Source: Flexilinea sp.
GTDB lineage: Bacteria > Bacillota > Clostridia > Oscillospirales > Oscillospiraceae
Assembly: GCA_963615825.1 (NCBI GenBank)
Contig: CAVEIY010000001.1
Location: 3,200-67,199 of the forward strand
Direction: 5' to 3'
DNA length: 64,000 nucleotides
The notes below the pieces were generated by a model that saw only the letters and a list, made by a program, of their open reading frames with translations, searched no databases and was not told the origin of the DNA. Made by a program: the position numbers and the translations under genes. Of this stretch, positions 28,962 to 39,448 are shown piece after piece (position 1 is the first letter of the stretch; every line of letters begins with the position of its first letter).

Positions 28962-29795
28962 TTACTTTAGACTTCTAACAAAAATCGAAATTTTTCTTTT
29001 AAACGAGTTATCATATGCTAGACTTTTGCTATAAAACCTTTTGTAGCTCTCATTTCCTGCTTTTTTTAGTTCATTGCCGGCATCCTGTAACGCACTAGCC
29101 ATAACATGCATCATTTTAGGATATTTTTTTTGAAAAGACGGATGCTTCTGTAAAATTAAATCGCAGGCTTTATAGAGCTTTTCAGGATTACTACTTATAG
29201 AATCATTGCCAATTTTATAATCAACCAGCCCGTCATCAAGACAGTAAATTCGATACTTTTCTGCAATTCTGACTAGCATTTCAAACTCCTGAAAGCGTGG
29301 CATCGAAATATCAAATGGGCATTTTTCAAATACTTCTTTTTTTGCTAATAGGCTTTGTGTCCCTATTCCAAACAAGTTTTCGACGGGATTCAAAAACCCC
29401 TCACCTATTGAATCCGGTAACAATTGAGTTTTTCCATTCGCATAATATTTGACAAGTTTACAAAAAACAAGATCTGCGCCTGATATTTCCATCGCTTTTA
29501 TCTGTTTTTCTAATTTGTCTTGATGCCAAATATCATCACTATCATGAAAGGCCACCAGTTCTCCATGGGAAAGCGCAACACCTTTATTTCGTGCTACACA
29601 AGCGCCCGCATTTTCTTGATAGAAATATTTTAGCCTTGAATCTTGAATAGACTGAACAACTCGGGATGTTTCGTCGGTAGATCCGTCATCAACCACGATA
29701 ACTTCAATATCTGTGTATGTTTGACACAAAACACTATTAATCGCCTCTTTAATCACATTTTCTCGGTTATAAGCTGGTATCACGACTGAAACCAA
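28962..29795 (-). CDS. Glycosyltransferase family 2
   Basis: VSVVIPAYNRENVIKEAINSVLCQTYTDIEVIVVDDGSTD...FHDSDD (DxD). TTG start behind GAGGTGA. Last gene of the EPS locus. Confidence 0.85.
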   Translation of the reverse strand: MVSVVIPAYNRENVIKEAINSVLCQTYTDIEVIVVDDGSTDETSRVVQSIQDSRLKYFYQENAGACVARNKGVALSHGELVAFHDSDDIWHQDKLEKQIKAMEISGADLVFCKLVKYYANGKTQLLPDSIGEGFLNPVENLFGIGTQSLLAKKEVFEKCPFDISMPRFQEFEMLVRIAEKYRIYCLDDGLVDYKIGNDSISSNPEKLYKACDLILQKHPSFQKKYPKMMHVMASALQDAGNELKKAGNESYKRFYSKSLAYDNSFKRKISIFVRSLK

Positions 29796-29801
29796 AGATA
29801 G

Positions 29802-31334
29802 TCACCTCTTTACAACAGTTTTCGTTACAAATTGAACCGCCTCTTTAAAATAACGTGATTTGGAATAAACCAATATATACAGAATATTTGGGACCACAAT
29901 ACAAATAATTGCAGTTAAAATAAGTCCGCAAATTCCAGAAAACTGAATAAGGCTACAAACTTTATAAGTAATAAAGCAGACTACAACTGTAACTACTGCA
30001 TAAAGTATTTCATTGCGCATATATTGCAAAAAGCTTTTCCCTTTAAAGTAGTTATCGAATACGATTTTTGTGCCCCAAGGGAATCCAATAAACAGGATTG
30101 AGATCGCTGTTGCAATCACAATTCCGAATACTCCCCAGTGCTTGACAAGAATATAATTAAAAGCAACATTTGCAATTGCTTCAACAGATGCACGGATTCG
30201 ATCTTTCCACCAAAGGCCGGCAGCGTCAGCATATTGACTTTTAATGTCACCGATTGTCCATACATAAAAATATATACAAATTGCAATTACAACATCAAAC
30301 GAAAAGAGCGCTTTTTCTCCAACCCATATTCGCATAAAAGGCTGAAAAAGACACAGCAAACAAATAGTGCACCAGCCGCATAACCATTCGTATATGAATG
30401 TAAATAAATTGAGGTTTTTATAATTTTTGTCTACACTTTCTACAGCAACACTATTACCCACGCTAGCGCTCATGGAAATCGTAAGAACGTCCAAAATGCC
30501 TCTTACAGAACTCATAACATAATAGTAATTACTGTATATGCCAACCGGCGTTAATCCCAAAAACATGGATATAAAAATATTGTCGCACGAGTTTCGTGTA
30601 ACGCCACAAATTTTGTGAATAAGTAAGCCCTTGGTTTTTTCGATAATATCATCTTTATACTTCTTATCAAGTTTTCCATAGCATTCAAACTGTGGATAAT
30701 ATTTTTTGGCCAGAAACTCGCAGAGTAAATTATCGAACAAAGACATCAGCGGTAAGACCGCAATAAAGATATAATACTGTTTCAGGAGAAGCAAGCCTGC
30801 AATCTGTATAAAACTACTGACGATTTTATTAACCATTGCAACCTTGCTTATGATATCCTGTCGTTGCAACGCAGAGAGTAAGGATTTTTTATATGCAAAT
30901 AAAAAATAGCTACAAGATGTATTAAGAAGATAAATTATGTAAACAACATATATGTTAATATCGCTTGGACAAGATCCTGAAATCAAGTATTTCAAAAAAG
31001 GAATTAATGCAACTCCAATTATCAGCACAATACCGCCAATGCAACGATATATTTTTTTATAGAACTGTAACAATGCACATACTACGGCTTTGTTGTTTTC
31101 TGCCAAGGGTTTATACATACTATATACAATGGCACCGGAAAACCCTAATTCTGCCAAACTTAAAACTTGAAGGATGGAAGAAAACAATCCATTTATACCA
31201 ACATATTCAACCCCTAAAACGTAGATTAATACTGTTCGGGTAATGAACGGAAGGAGAATCGCAATGAACTTATTTACAATTCCCCATATAGCATTTCTCT
31301 TTGTGTTTTTTATTCGATCACTATTAAGACTCAT
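29802..31334 (-). CDS. Oligosaccharide flippase (Wzx; MOP/polysaccharide biosynthesis protein family)
   Basis: About 510 aa, 12-14 TM. N-terminus KNTKRNAIWGIVNKFIAILLPFITRTVLIYVLG is typical of Wzx. Start moved to ATG 31334 behind AAGGTGA. Confidence 0.8.
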   Translation of the reverse strand: MSLNSDRIKNTKRNAIWGIVNKFIAILLPFITRTVLIYVLGVEYVGINGLFSSILQVLSLAELGFSGAIVYSMYKPLAENNKAVVCALLQFYKKIYRCIGGIVLIIGVALIPFLKYLISGSCPSDINIYVVYIIYLLNTSCSYFLFAYKKSLLSALQRQDIISKVAMVNKIVSSFIQIAGLLLLKQYYIFIAVLPLMSLFDNLLCEFLAKKYYPQFECYGKLDKKYKDDIIEKTKGLLIHKICGVTRNSCDNIFISMFLGLTPVGIYSNYYYVMSSVRGILDVLTISMSASVGNSVAVESVDKNYKNLNLFTFIYEWLCGWCTICLLCLFQPFMRIWVGEKALFSFDVVIAICIYFYVWTIGDIKSQYADAAGLWWKDRIRASVEAIANVAFNYILVKHWGVFGIVIATAISILFIGFPWGTKIVFDNYFKGKSFLQYMRNEILYAVVTVVVCFITYKVCSLIQFSGICGLILTAIICIVVPNILYILVYSKSRYFKEAVQFVTKTVVKR

Positions 31335-31339
31335 GTTCT

Positions 31340-32335
31340 TCACCTTGTACATATATATCCCCAATTGGTCAGGTTCCCTTTTTCATCCACCTTTGTATAG
31401 TTATACTTATACGACTGCTTATGTAGGATTGTGTTTTTAGTCAACTCATTGAATTCTTCCGCGTTATATGGTTCATTCCTATAAATAAAAAGATTAAAAA
31501 TATTCTGATTATTATATGGAATCAAATCAATCTCTCCTCGTATCGCGGGAATGTTTTTGTACGCCACATAGATTGTATAATCAATCAGCCAATAGTCAAT
31601 TAGGGCATTATGCTTCTCCCAATAGAGTTCAAAAGCATCACACATGAATTGAAGCAGCTGATTTCCCGGTTCTGCTTTCATAAAATATGATGTCCATCTT
31701 CCAGATGAAATCATTTTTTTTTGATTCATAGAATCAAGATTTTTCCTGTTACTATAAAAAGGAAACGCTCTGACTTCTTCGGGAAATGATTCAGACATAT
31801 AAATAGTGGCATCCATCCAGATTCCGCCATAATTGGACAACAAATTTGCTCGAATAATATCTGACAAATGGGTTAATGTTATTTGTCCTTTATTATATTT
31901 CGCTTTGATATTATCAGAAAGCGACACATAATTCCAAACGCAATTTTCCGTTAACAAATGATATTCGTATTGATCTGGACTCAAGTTCCTCTGTTGACTT
32001 CTTATACATTCTCTTACAATATCGGGCGCACAATCCGGACCCTGCCACCATAGGACCCACACATGTGTTTTTTTATTTAAATCAACATTTTGCACATTGC
32101 TATTTTGTGTTCTGTATTCATTAATAAGAGATTTGAAATCTTTTTCAATGAAACTCGAAAGCTTCTTTTTGTAAAAGGATGTTCTATATCCAGTAAGCGC
32201 GTCTGCAATATTTAACCATTTAAGAGTTCTGCCAACATATGCACCAAATTCTTTTACAACCTGAGAGTTATTCATAATATTTGGCTCTGTAGAAATCAAA
32301 TCAATTTTTCTTTTAATTTTAGAATATATCGTCAC
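31340..32335 (-). CDS. Capsular polysaccharide synthesis protein (Caps_synth / OCH1-like glycosyltransferase)
   Basis: VWVLWWQGPDCAPDIV...HLSDIIRANLLSNYGGIWMDATIY motif set. GTG start behind GAGGTAAG. Confidence 0.7.
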   Translation of the reverse strand: MTIYSKIKRKIDLISTEPNIMNNSQVVKEFGAYVGRTLKWLNIADALTGYRTSFYKKKLSSFIEKDFKSLINEYRTQNSNVQNVDLNKKTHVWVLWWQGPDCAPDIVRECIRSQQRNLSPDQYEYHLLTENCVWNYVSLSDNIKAKYNKGQITLTHLSDIIRANLLSNYGGIWMDATIYMSESFPEEVRAFPFYSNRKNLDSMNQKKMISSGRWTSYFMKAEPGNQLLQFMCDAFELYWEKHNALIDYWLIDYTIYVAYKNIPAIRGEIDLIPYNNQNIFNLFIYRNEPYNAEEFNELTKNTILHKQSYKYNYTKVDEKGNLTNWGYICTR

Positions 32336-32339
32336 AATC

Positions 32340-33542
32340 TTACCTCATGCGTATTTTTAGATTAACGTTAGAATGCTGACCCAATTCTCGGTTATCTGAC
32401 GGTAGCGCAAAAATATATAATAGCGAAAAATTGCAATAAATCATAAATACATTTTGCTCCATTAACCCGTCCACAACAAATAATGCTGCAATGATCATTA
32501 AAATGTAGTCTTTTTGGTTTCCGATTTTTTTAAACAAATGGATGATTGCAATTACAAACAATCCTGTGGCAATATACCCACGATACAATAATAAGTTTAA
32601 GTACGCCGAATCAAGGATTACAGAAGCTTTTCCTGTCTGTGCGGAAACAACAGAACTTACAAATGTAATATTAGATCCAAAAGGGTGAATACCATATTGC
32701 TGGTAGATATTGTATGCTGATGTAAAACGTGTTGTAAATGTTAGGTCAGCTAAAATCTTATTTGCGCCAGTATGCCCTATGGGATTCATCAAATAGATTG
32801 AAACCACAAAAACAGCAATGATTGCCAGCTTTAATAAATGAATTAACCGTTCAGCATTGACTTTTATCATCATTTTGTAGAGTGAATAAATTACAGAAAA
32901 TGATAAAATTACAATTAAACTTGTCCTAGATGCTGTCAGCGCAAAAACAATGAAACCCACAATGAGGTCAGTACATATTAGCTTTAAAGATGACTTTTTA
33001 CCTTTATTCTTGTATATCCAAAGGAAAAGAACGGTCATTACATACGCTGCAAAATTGTTAGGATGTGAGGTCCCCATTGTATGTCCGTACAATCTCCCCC
33101 ACGCATATGTAAATCGAATCTGATTATCATTGACGCAACCCGTAACGGTAGCTAATATTAAGAGTAAAACCGAAAATAATGCAGTTTTAAATAAAGAATT
33201 TACGATTTTATTGTAATCAATTCCGCGAGCCAGCAAAATAAAGGCTGCGGTATAAACAAGCGCATTATCATGTATTTTGCTTGACGAATATACAGCACAA
33301 GCAATTATCATTAACGATATTAATTGAAACCATGTTCTTTTTTTCAATAAACCCAATAAAAAGCAAATCGCCAATAAACACGGTATAAGGTAAGTCAATA
33401 ATAGTTGAAGGCCGTTTTTCAGTGTAGAAAATAACCCAACCCACTGCACGCCTAAAATTGCATAGCTAAAAAAAACATATAATGATAGCGCATACAAATA
33501 TAATTGTGTTAATGTAACTTTTCCGAATTCTCTGGCATTCAT
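32340..33542 (-). CDS. O-antigen/EPS repeat-unit polymerase (Wzy-like, O-antigen ligase family)
   Basis: 400 aa, about 10-11 TM, AT-rich and poorly conserved. Sits between the flippase and the glycosyltransferases. Confidence 0.65.
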   Translation of the reverse strand: MNAREFGKVTLTQLYLYALSLYVFFSYAILGVQWVGLFSTLKNGLQLLLTYLIPCLLAICFLLGLLKKRTWFQLISLMIIACAVYSSSKIHDNALVYTAAFILLARGIDYNKIVNSLFKTALFSVLLLILATVTGCVNDNQIRFTYAWGRLYGHTMGTSHPNNFAAYVMTVLFLWIYKNKGKKSSLKLICTDLIVGFIVFALTASRTSLIVILSFSVIYSLYKMMIKVNAERLIHLLKLAIIAVFVVSIYLMNPIGHTGANKILADLTFTTRFTSAYNIYQQYGIHPFGSNITFVSSVVSAQTGKASVILDSAYLNLLLYRGYIATGLFVIAIIHLFKKIGNQKDYILMIIAALFVVDGLMEQNVFMIYCNFSLLYIFALPSDNRELGQHSNVNLKIRMR

Positions 33543-33640
33543 AAAATAGCGTTCTCTTTCTTAAATTTTTATCCCTGCACGAATTACATAAATACAATAG
33601 TTGTCCTGTGCATGTTCAGATCATTGGTTAAAGTCAATCA

Positions 33641-34825
33641 TTATCCCCTATTATATTCTGCTATAGCATCTTGTAACTGCTCAAGATATGCATAGCCGTG
33701 CTTTTCGTCAGGCTCTAAATAAGCACCTTCGGCCCATTCATTCCATGCATTAATAAAGACGAGCGGCAGGTCACCCTGTTCTCGCATTTGTTTGAAGAGA
33801 GATTTCGCACAGTTTCCAAATTTCTCTGGATTTCCGCCTCTGAAAACAAAGCCGTTTTTTCTTCTCGCTGTATTATCCCAATCTGTAAACAGCCCCTGTA
33901 CCAATTTTTTTGAATGAGGTCCATTTAGAATATCTCTGCATTCTTTATCATAACTAAAAATCGACAGCGGTTTATCATTTCCGTTCCCAATTGCTTTTTT
34001 TCGACGCTTCACAAATGCATAAACTGGCTTTTCCAATTTAACCTTTTTCAAAATACGGTAGGACGTTTGCAGAAATTTTATTTTTTTTAAATTCTTCTCT
34101 GCGTATTGTTTTGAGAAATAAGGCTCAAATTTAACCTGATAGTCGAAATCTCTATCATCATAAAATGGTGAAAAATACCAGCCGGAATTCTGAATCATCA
34201 AACAGATTCGATTAAATCCATATTTTTTAATCTCAGACTGCCAATATGCAACCATACGATGCAGGTCAGAAATTTCTTCAGGCTTATATATAAGAAAAAC
34301 CGGATCACCATTTAATGTAATATACCGTTCGTCCTTAAAGAACTGAACCATATAAAATAAATGTTGCGCCCAATCATCTTCTGCCCCGTAATCCTGTTCG
34401 GCAATAATCTCCTGGTTACCACCGTCCCAGCGCTTACTCCAGTTTTCATTTGCCCAAGACATGCAAAAGGGAATATCAATATCGCGGTTCTTTAACATTT
34501 GCTCTAGCGGTTTTTCAAGCAGCTTTTTTCCATCTTTAAACCAGTAATGATAATAGCAGAAGCCAAATACATTATACTGTTTTGCTAAATTTGCCTGCCA
34601 GACTTTTACATTGTCGTTTAACAGGTTATAGTAGTTTTCGTTTAGCGGAACCTTAGGCTGGTAGTGGCCCTCAAATAAAGGAATTGCCTTTTTGGTATTT
34701 GTCCATTCCGTAAAACCTTTCCCCCAGAACTTGTCATTCTCTGGAATAGCATGGTATTGAGGTAAGTAAAATGCGATGGTTTTCAGTTTATTATCTGATA
34801 ATAGCTCTGCCATTTTAGTTCTCAC
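33641..34825 (-). CDS. WbsX family glycosyltransferase (GH99-like domain), copy 2
   Basis: IAFYLPQYHAIPENDKFWGKGFTEWTNTKKAIPLFEGHYQPKVPL is the WbsX hallmark N-terminus. Confidence 0.75.
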   Translation of the reverse strand: MRTKMAELLSDNKLKTIAFYLPQYHAIPENDKFWGKGFTEWTNTKKAIPLFEGHYQPKVPLNENYYNLLNDNVKVWQANLAKQYNVFGFCYYHYWFKDGKKLLEKPLEQMLKNRDIDIPFCMSWANENWSKRWDGGNQEIIAEQDYGAEDDWAQHLFYMVQFFKDERYITLNGDPVFLIYKPEEISDLHRMVAYWQSEIKKYGFNRICLMIQNSGWYFSPFYDDRDFDYQVKFEPYFSKQYAEKNLKKIKFLQTSYRILKKVKLEKPVYAFVKRRKKAIGNGNDKPLSIFSYDKECRDILNGPHSKKLVQGLFTDWDNTARRKNGFVFRGGNPEKFGNCAKSLFKQMREQGDLPLVFINAWNEWAEGAYLEPDEKHGYAYLEQLQDAIAEYNRG

Positions 34826-35939
34826 TTTCTAATTCATCAACACACGATTTAATCGCATCCAAGTAGCCAAACTGATTTTTCATATCAGGCTCCAGGTAAC
34901 CGCCTTCTGACCATTCATTCCATGCAAAGACAAAAATATAGTCGGAGTGATATTCGTCTCGCGCTCTTTTTAGCTGCTTTCCGAAATATTCTTTGAATTT
35001 CTGAGGTGTTGCACCAGTCAACACACGACCTTTTTCTTTATATCTTGGCGTGTTATCCCAATCCACAAATGCGCCCGGAATCATCCCAGGTTGTGCCTTC
35101 CTGTTTAAAATGGTATTCCACACGTCATCATACGATAATTTCTGTAAATTCGCCTTTTTTACAGATTTGAAGTGTTTCAAGTGATCTCTGGCCCATGTCT
35201 GAGCATTCTGTTTCATGACGCTCATTTGCTTCTGCATCCAGGAACTCATATCATAAAATGCAAATCCCGGCTGATATTCAATTTGATATTGAAACATGGA
35301 CTTATCAACGCCTTTTTCGGCATAAAAAGATACATGCTGTGCAGCAAACACCAAACCGTCAAAGCCTTCTTCTTGTGCTCGCCTGTTATAGTAAGCCAAC
35401 CGTGCATTCAGCTCTGGAATATATTGCGGACGATAAATCACAAACAGCGGTTTATTTCCTTCTTTGATATACCGCTTGTCCCTGAAAAAAGGAAGCAGAT
35501 ATTGGAAGTGACGTTCCCATTCGTCATGATTGCCATACTCCTGTTTGATCAACGTCTTTCGATCAGATGCTGTTTCTGCGGCCCAGGCATTTGTCCATGT
35601 TTCATTTGCCCAGCAAAAGCAAAATGGCAGATCACAATTTTGGTCCATCAGGTAGATTTCCATTGGCTTTTCAAGAAGCATCTTGCTTCCAAACCAATAA
35701 TGGTAGCAACAGAAACCATATATGCCGTGCGTTTTTGCAATTTTCGTCTGCCACTCCAGCGTTTTTTCATCCAGGAGGTTATAATAATTTTTGTTAAGTG
35801 GAACTCGTGGCTGATTATGCCCGTCAAACAGCGGTTTGGCCGCCTTCATATTATTCCATTCGGTAAACCCCTGTCCCCACCATTCATTATTTTCAGGGGT
35901 TTCATGGAATTGTGGCAGATAAAATGCAATTACTTTCAT
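34815..35939 (-). CDS. WbsX family glycosyltransferase (GH99-like domain), copy 1
   Basis: VIAFYLPQFHETPENNEWWGQGFTEWNNMKAAKPLFDGHNQPRVPL. Overlaps both neighbouring genes. Confidence 0.75.
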   Translation of the reverse strand: MKVIAFYLPQFHETPENNEWWGQGFTEWNNMKAAKPLFDGHNQPRVPLNKNYYNLLDEKTLEWQTKIAKTHGIYGFCCYHYWFGSKMLLEKPMEIYLMDQNCDLPFCFCWANETWTNAWAAETASDRKTLIKQEYGNHDEWERHFQYLLPFFRDKRYIKEGNKPLFVIYRPQYIPELNARLAYYNRRAQEEGFDGLVFAAQHVSFYAEKGVDKSMFQYQIEYQPGFAFYDMSSWMQKQMSVMKQNAQTWARDHLKHFKSVKKANLQKLSYDDVWNTILNRKAQPGMIPGAFVDWDNTPRYKEKGRVLTGATPQKFKEYFGKQLKRARDEYHSDYIFVFAWNEWSEGGYLEPDMKNQFGYLDAIKSCVDELESEN

Positions 35940-37147
35940 GTCTTTTTCCTTTGCTTTTTAATTTTGAACAGGATTTTTTTAATCTTCAAATTTTGGCTTA
36001 AATGTGTCCGAACCATGATTCGTTTAAGAAAGTCCATAGCGGCTTCTTTTTTGGAATATGGAATGTACCGATCAATCAATTCTGTATAGGATAGCTGTCC
36101 ATAATCATGCCAAAATGCCGCACGTGCGTTATTTTTCACTGCGGATTTATAAATCATGTCTCCGTCATTCTTTGTAGTGACCGCAGCTTCCGTTTTCACA
36201 GTAGTAACTTGTGCTGCTACTTTCGTCCATAAATCCAGTGCTTTTTGTGTACGAATATACACATTGGATAATCCAAAATCATCATCCTTAAAGTCGTATT
36301 GTTCTGCGGATTTAAATGAATCAAACAAGGTGAAATCGCTCACTCGATCTTCTTCTTTAAAGCTGCAAGCATAACAGGAAGGGCGTGATGCCAATCCGGC
36401 AAACCATAATCTTGGGTAAGATTTTACTAAGCGTCTGCTATGAATCAACTTCCCGTTTGAAAAGCGAACTGCAATCGTGGATAAATGATGACCGAGCACT
36501 TTACTCCGAAAATATATATTTTGAATTTCACTTCCATATTTTTTTGAAAGTGCAGATTTGTAGTCTTGAAATAGCTTTGGCGATGGGACTCCATGACAGA
36601 CCAGATCCAAAAGAAGCAGATTTGCGTCCTCTCTGCCGATATATGCTTTAAGTCCTGCTACCTGGCATGGCGTGCCAGAAAATAGAACCAGTCTATCTGC
36701 GTTCAAATACTGGTTGACTTGTCTAAATGTATTGCCCAAATCACTTTGAACGTATTTTGACATTTGCAGTTTCACCAGGTCTGTTTCATTTTCTATTGCG
36801 ATATGTTTAACTTTTAGATTTTTGTCGTATGCGGCACCAAAAACCACTCCGTGACAGCCTAGGACATATTGTGCGATGACGCTGAATAGTCCACCAGATG
36901 CACTAGCCACTCGCTGCGCCTTGTTATTATTTATGGCAAGATAGGAAGCTATCACAGAATTTTTCTGCAACGGGTTTGTTATGGGGCATATCCTTGTACA
37001 TTTTCCACATTCTATGCACCGATCTCTATCAATAATTGGGTATTGGAATCCTTCTGCATCAGGGCGTATTGATATGGCATCCTTGGGACAGCCTGCCATA
37101 CAAGCTGTGCAGCCCGAACAGTGCTCTTTCTCAACGAATTCAATCAT
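35936..37147 (-). CDS. Coenzyme F420 hydrogenase/dehydrogenase beta-subunit-like (FrhB family) 4Fe-4S protein
   Basis: N-terminal 2x[4Fe-4S] ferredoxin motif CSGCTACMAGCP...CIECGKCTRICP. Usual partner of polysaccharide pyruvyl transferases. Confidence 0.75.
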   Translation of the reverse strand: MIEFVEKEHCSGCTACMAGCPKDAISIRPDAEGFQYPIIDRDRCIECGKCTRICPITNPLQKNSVIASYLAINNNKAQRVASASGGLFSVIAQYVLGCHGVVFGAAYDKNLKVKHIAIENETDLVKLQMSKYVQSDLGNTFRQVNQYLNADRLVLFSGTPCQVAGLKAYIGREDANLLLLDLVCHGVPSPKLFQDYKSALSKKYGSEIQNIYFRSKVLGHHLSTIAVRFSNGKLIHSRRLVKSYPRLWFAGLASRPSCYACSFKEEDRVSDFTLFDSFKSAEQYDFKDDDFGLSNVYIRTQKALDLWTKVAAQVTTVKTEAAVTTKNDGDMIYKSAVKNNARAAFWHDYGQLSYTELIDRYIPYSKKEAAMDFLKRIMVRTHLSQNLKIKKILFKIKKQRKKT

Positions 37148-38304
37148 GCTTCCTCACCTTTTAAGCACTTTAATGCTCGCTCAAAATAATCCCGTGAACT
37201 GCGTCTAAAATCATTTAGTTTCCCATCGACTTCAAACCAATCCACGGTATGAGTAAGTGCAACTTCCGGAGTTGTCGAGTTTTCAAACAAACGATCACTC
37301 AAACCAACAATCGAAAGAATATTTTTTACGCGTGAATTCATCGAACGCTTCTGGTTATCTGAAAATCTCTTAAATGTAAAGAAAGTTTTATGGTATATGA
37401 TTGAAAAAATCGTTCCGTGAAAAGAGTCCGTGCACACATATGTTGCGTACCGGATAAAGTTAACAAACTCCGTTGGGCCGACTTCCAAATAGTCTATGTT
37501 TCCGAATTCATCATCGCTTTTAATGTATTCATCAATATGCTTAATGGCAAGAATTTTACAGCCTGTTTGATGCGCCAATTTTTTTGCAAATTCGCGCTGA
37601 CTGGGATTGTTTCCAATAAAATAGCAAAAGATATATTTCCCCTTTACAAATGGAATTTCTCCGCTAAGATTATCCCATCTTTTACGATCTGTTAACACAG
37701 TGGGATCACAGCAGACTTCTGCCTCTTTTCCAGTAAGTTCTTTCACGATTTCCGCTCCCTGTTTTTCTCTAACAGAGATCATATGGAATCGCGATAAGTA
37801 TGCTTTCGTCTTTTTGACCTGTCCGGAAGGGATTTTTGATACGCCGAAACTCGAAGCGTATGTTACCTTGGGGCGGGCATTGTCTACCCAATTTAATGTA
37901 TAATAGTCTCCACCGAGCAGCATCGGATTCCAGACTTGATCGCTTCCTAAAATAAAGGCATCAAACTTTTTCGTATAGTCAATCAGATGCTTTCTGCCGC
38001 TTAGGCACGGTGTAAATACAAAGTTATCTTTGAGAAATTCGGAGAATGCTTTGTTCCTTCCAGAAATAATCGGTTTAAGCTTTGGATTGGTCTTTCCTTC
38101 AATTACACGCCGGATATCTTTCATCTTTGCAATGAGGAGCGGCAGATTAAAGATTCTGAGGGCCTGCTTGAAAACGTTCCGTTTTTTGTAATAAATTAGC
38201 TCATTATCAATACCTGCTGTAAATAGCTCCTGCTGTAAGGCATATGCTTGCAATATGCTTCCATAGTTATAGTTTCGCACGGAAACCAGACCAACTTTTC
38301 CCAT
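37144..38304 (-). CDS. Polysaccharide pyruvyl transferase family protein
   Basis: NYGSILQAYALQ...ILGSDQVWNP motifs. 4-nt overlap with the FrhB-like gene. Confidence 0.8.
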   Translation of the reverse strand: MGKVGLVSVRNYNYGSILQAYALQQELFTAGIDNELIYYKKRNVFKQALRIFNLPLLIAKMKDIRRVIEGKTNPKLKPIISGRNKAFSEFLKDNFVFTPCLSGRKHLIDYTKKFDAFILGSDQVWNPMLLGGDYYTLNWVDNARPKVTYASSFGVSKIPSGQVKKTKAYLSRFHMISVREKQGAEIVKELTGKEAEVCCDPTVLTDRKRWDNLSGEIPFVKGKYIFCYFIGNNPSQREFAKKLAHQTGCKILAIKHIDEYIKSDDEFGNIDYLEVGPTEFVNFIRYATYVCTDSFHGTIFSIIYHKTFFTFKRFSDNQKRSMNSRVKNILSIVGLSDRLFENSTTPEVALTHTVDWFEVDGKLNDFRRSSRDYFERALKCLKGEEA

Positions 38305-38315
38305 GTTTTCGCCCT

Positions 38316-39431
38316 CTAGCTTTCTGAATTCTCCAAATATTTTTTGATATAAAAATCTTGCAGATACGCGGCTACAGCCTGTATATCATAGCCTGCGGCT
38401 CGTATTTTCTCGATTTCTGCTTCACGTTTTTGTTTCGTCACATTTATGATCTCTTTAGCCCAGGCCTCTGCGGAATCATTGAGTGACATATAATGGAATT
38501 GGCTTGTAGCTGCTGCCTCTTTGGGGATCATATCGGAGCCAACAACAGGCAAGCCTGAACACTGTGCCTCAATTGCAACAATGCCAAGCCCTTCAAATAG
38601 GGAAGGAAACACAAAGCAATCCATTGCCTGATACAGACTGGAAATATCTTTCCTTACACCCAAGAAAATGACACACTGCTCCAAGTTGTTTTCCCGGACT
38701 TGTTCTTTTATTTTTTCAAATGTTTCTCCAGCGCCAACCAGCAGAAGAACCGCATGATCTTCTAATTCTGAAATCTCCTTAAAAATATCTATTAAAAATG
38801 TGTGGTTTTTCTGCGCACAGAATCTTCCTACATGACCAATGGCGAGCTTGTCCTCAATACCAAGTTCTTTCCGCAGGCGATTTCGCTCCGTTTCGTTGTA
38901 AAGAAAATTATGGATCATAATCGCATTTTTCAGAACAGTAAATTTTCTGCCTGGAAACATGAACTCACCGGCTTTTTGTGAGCAGGCAAAGTAATCTGTT
39001 GCATATACCTGATATCTCTTCAAAAGAAGCCCTTTCATTCTGCCCTTGAGTGTGTTTTCTGTTGCTGAATTATGGCTGTGCGCAATGCGTACTGGAACAT
39101 GATTTTTCTTTGCGGCTTTAAAATAAAACTGGCCCAAGCTCTCCATATGGCCGTGTACAATCTTATATTCTGAATGCTCTTTAAAAAAGGTATCCAGGTC
39201 CTTTAGGTATTTTATGAAGTTGTTATCATCGCGTACGGATAACTTATAAATCTTTCCGCCCAAGCTTCTAATTTCATCATCGTAGAAGTAGGTTCCGGTA
39301 TAATGGACAAGAAAGTCAAATTGAACCTTGGTCCTATCTATATTTCTATAGATATTCATAATCAAGGTTTCTAATCCACCTGCCTGCATATTCGGCACAA
39401 TATGTAAAACTCTTATCGGTTCCTTTTCCAT
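38316..39431 (-). CDS. Glycosyltransferase family 4 (GT-B, Glycos_transf_1)
   Basis: IRVLHIVPNMQAGGLETL N-terminus and C-terminal FVFPSLFEGLGIVAIEAQCSGLPVV (E-x7-E). Start moved to ATG 39431. Confidence 0.85.
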   Translation of the reverse strand: MEKEPIRVLHIVPNMQAGGLETLIMNIYRNIDRTKVQFDFLVHYTGTYFYDDEIRSLGGKIYKLSVRDDNNFIKYLKDLDTFFKEHSEYKIVHGHMESLGQFYFKAAKKNHVPVRIAHSHNSATENTLKGRMKGLLLKRYQVYATDYFACSQKAGEFMFPGRKFTVLKNAIMIHNFLYNETERNRLRKELGIEDKLAIGHVGRFCAQKNHTFLIDIFKEISELEDHAVLLLVGAGETFEKIKEQVRENNLEQCVIFLGVRKDISSLYQAMDCFVFPSLFEGLGIVAIEAQCSGLPVVGSDMIPKEAAATSQFHYMSLNDSAEAWAKEIINVTKQKREAEIEKIRAAGYDIQAVAAYLQDFYIKKYLENSES

Positions 39432-39448
39432 AATAGTCCCCAATCTTT

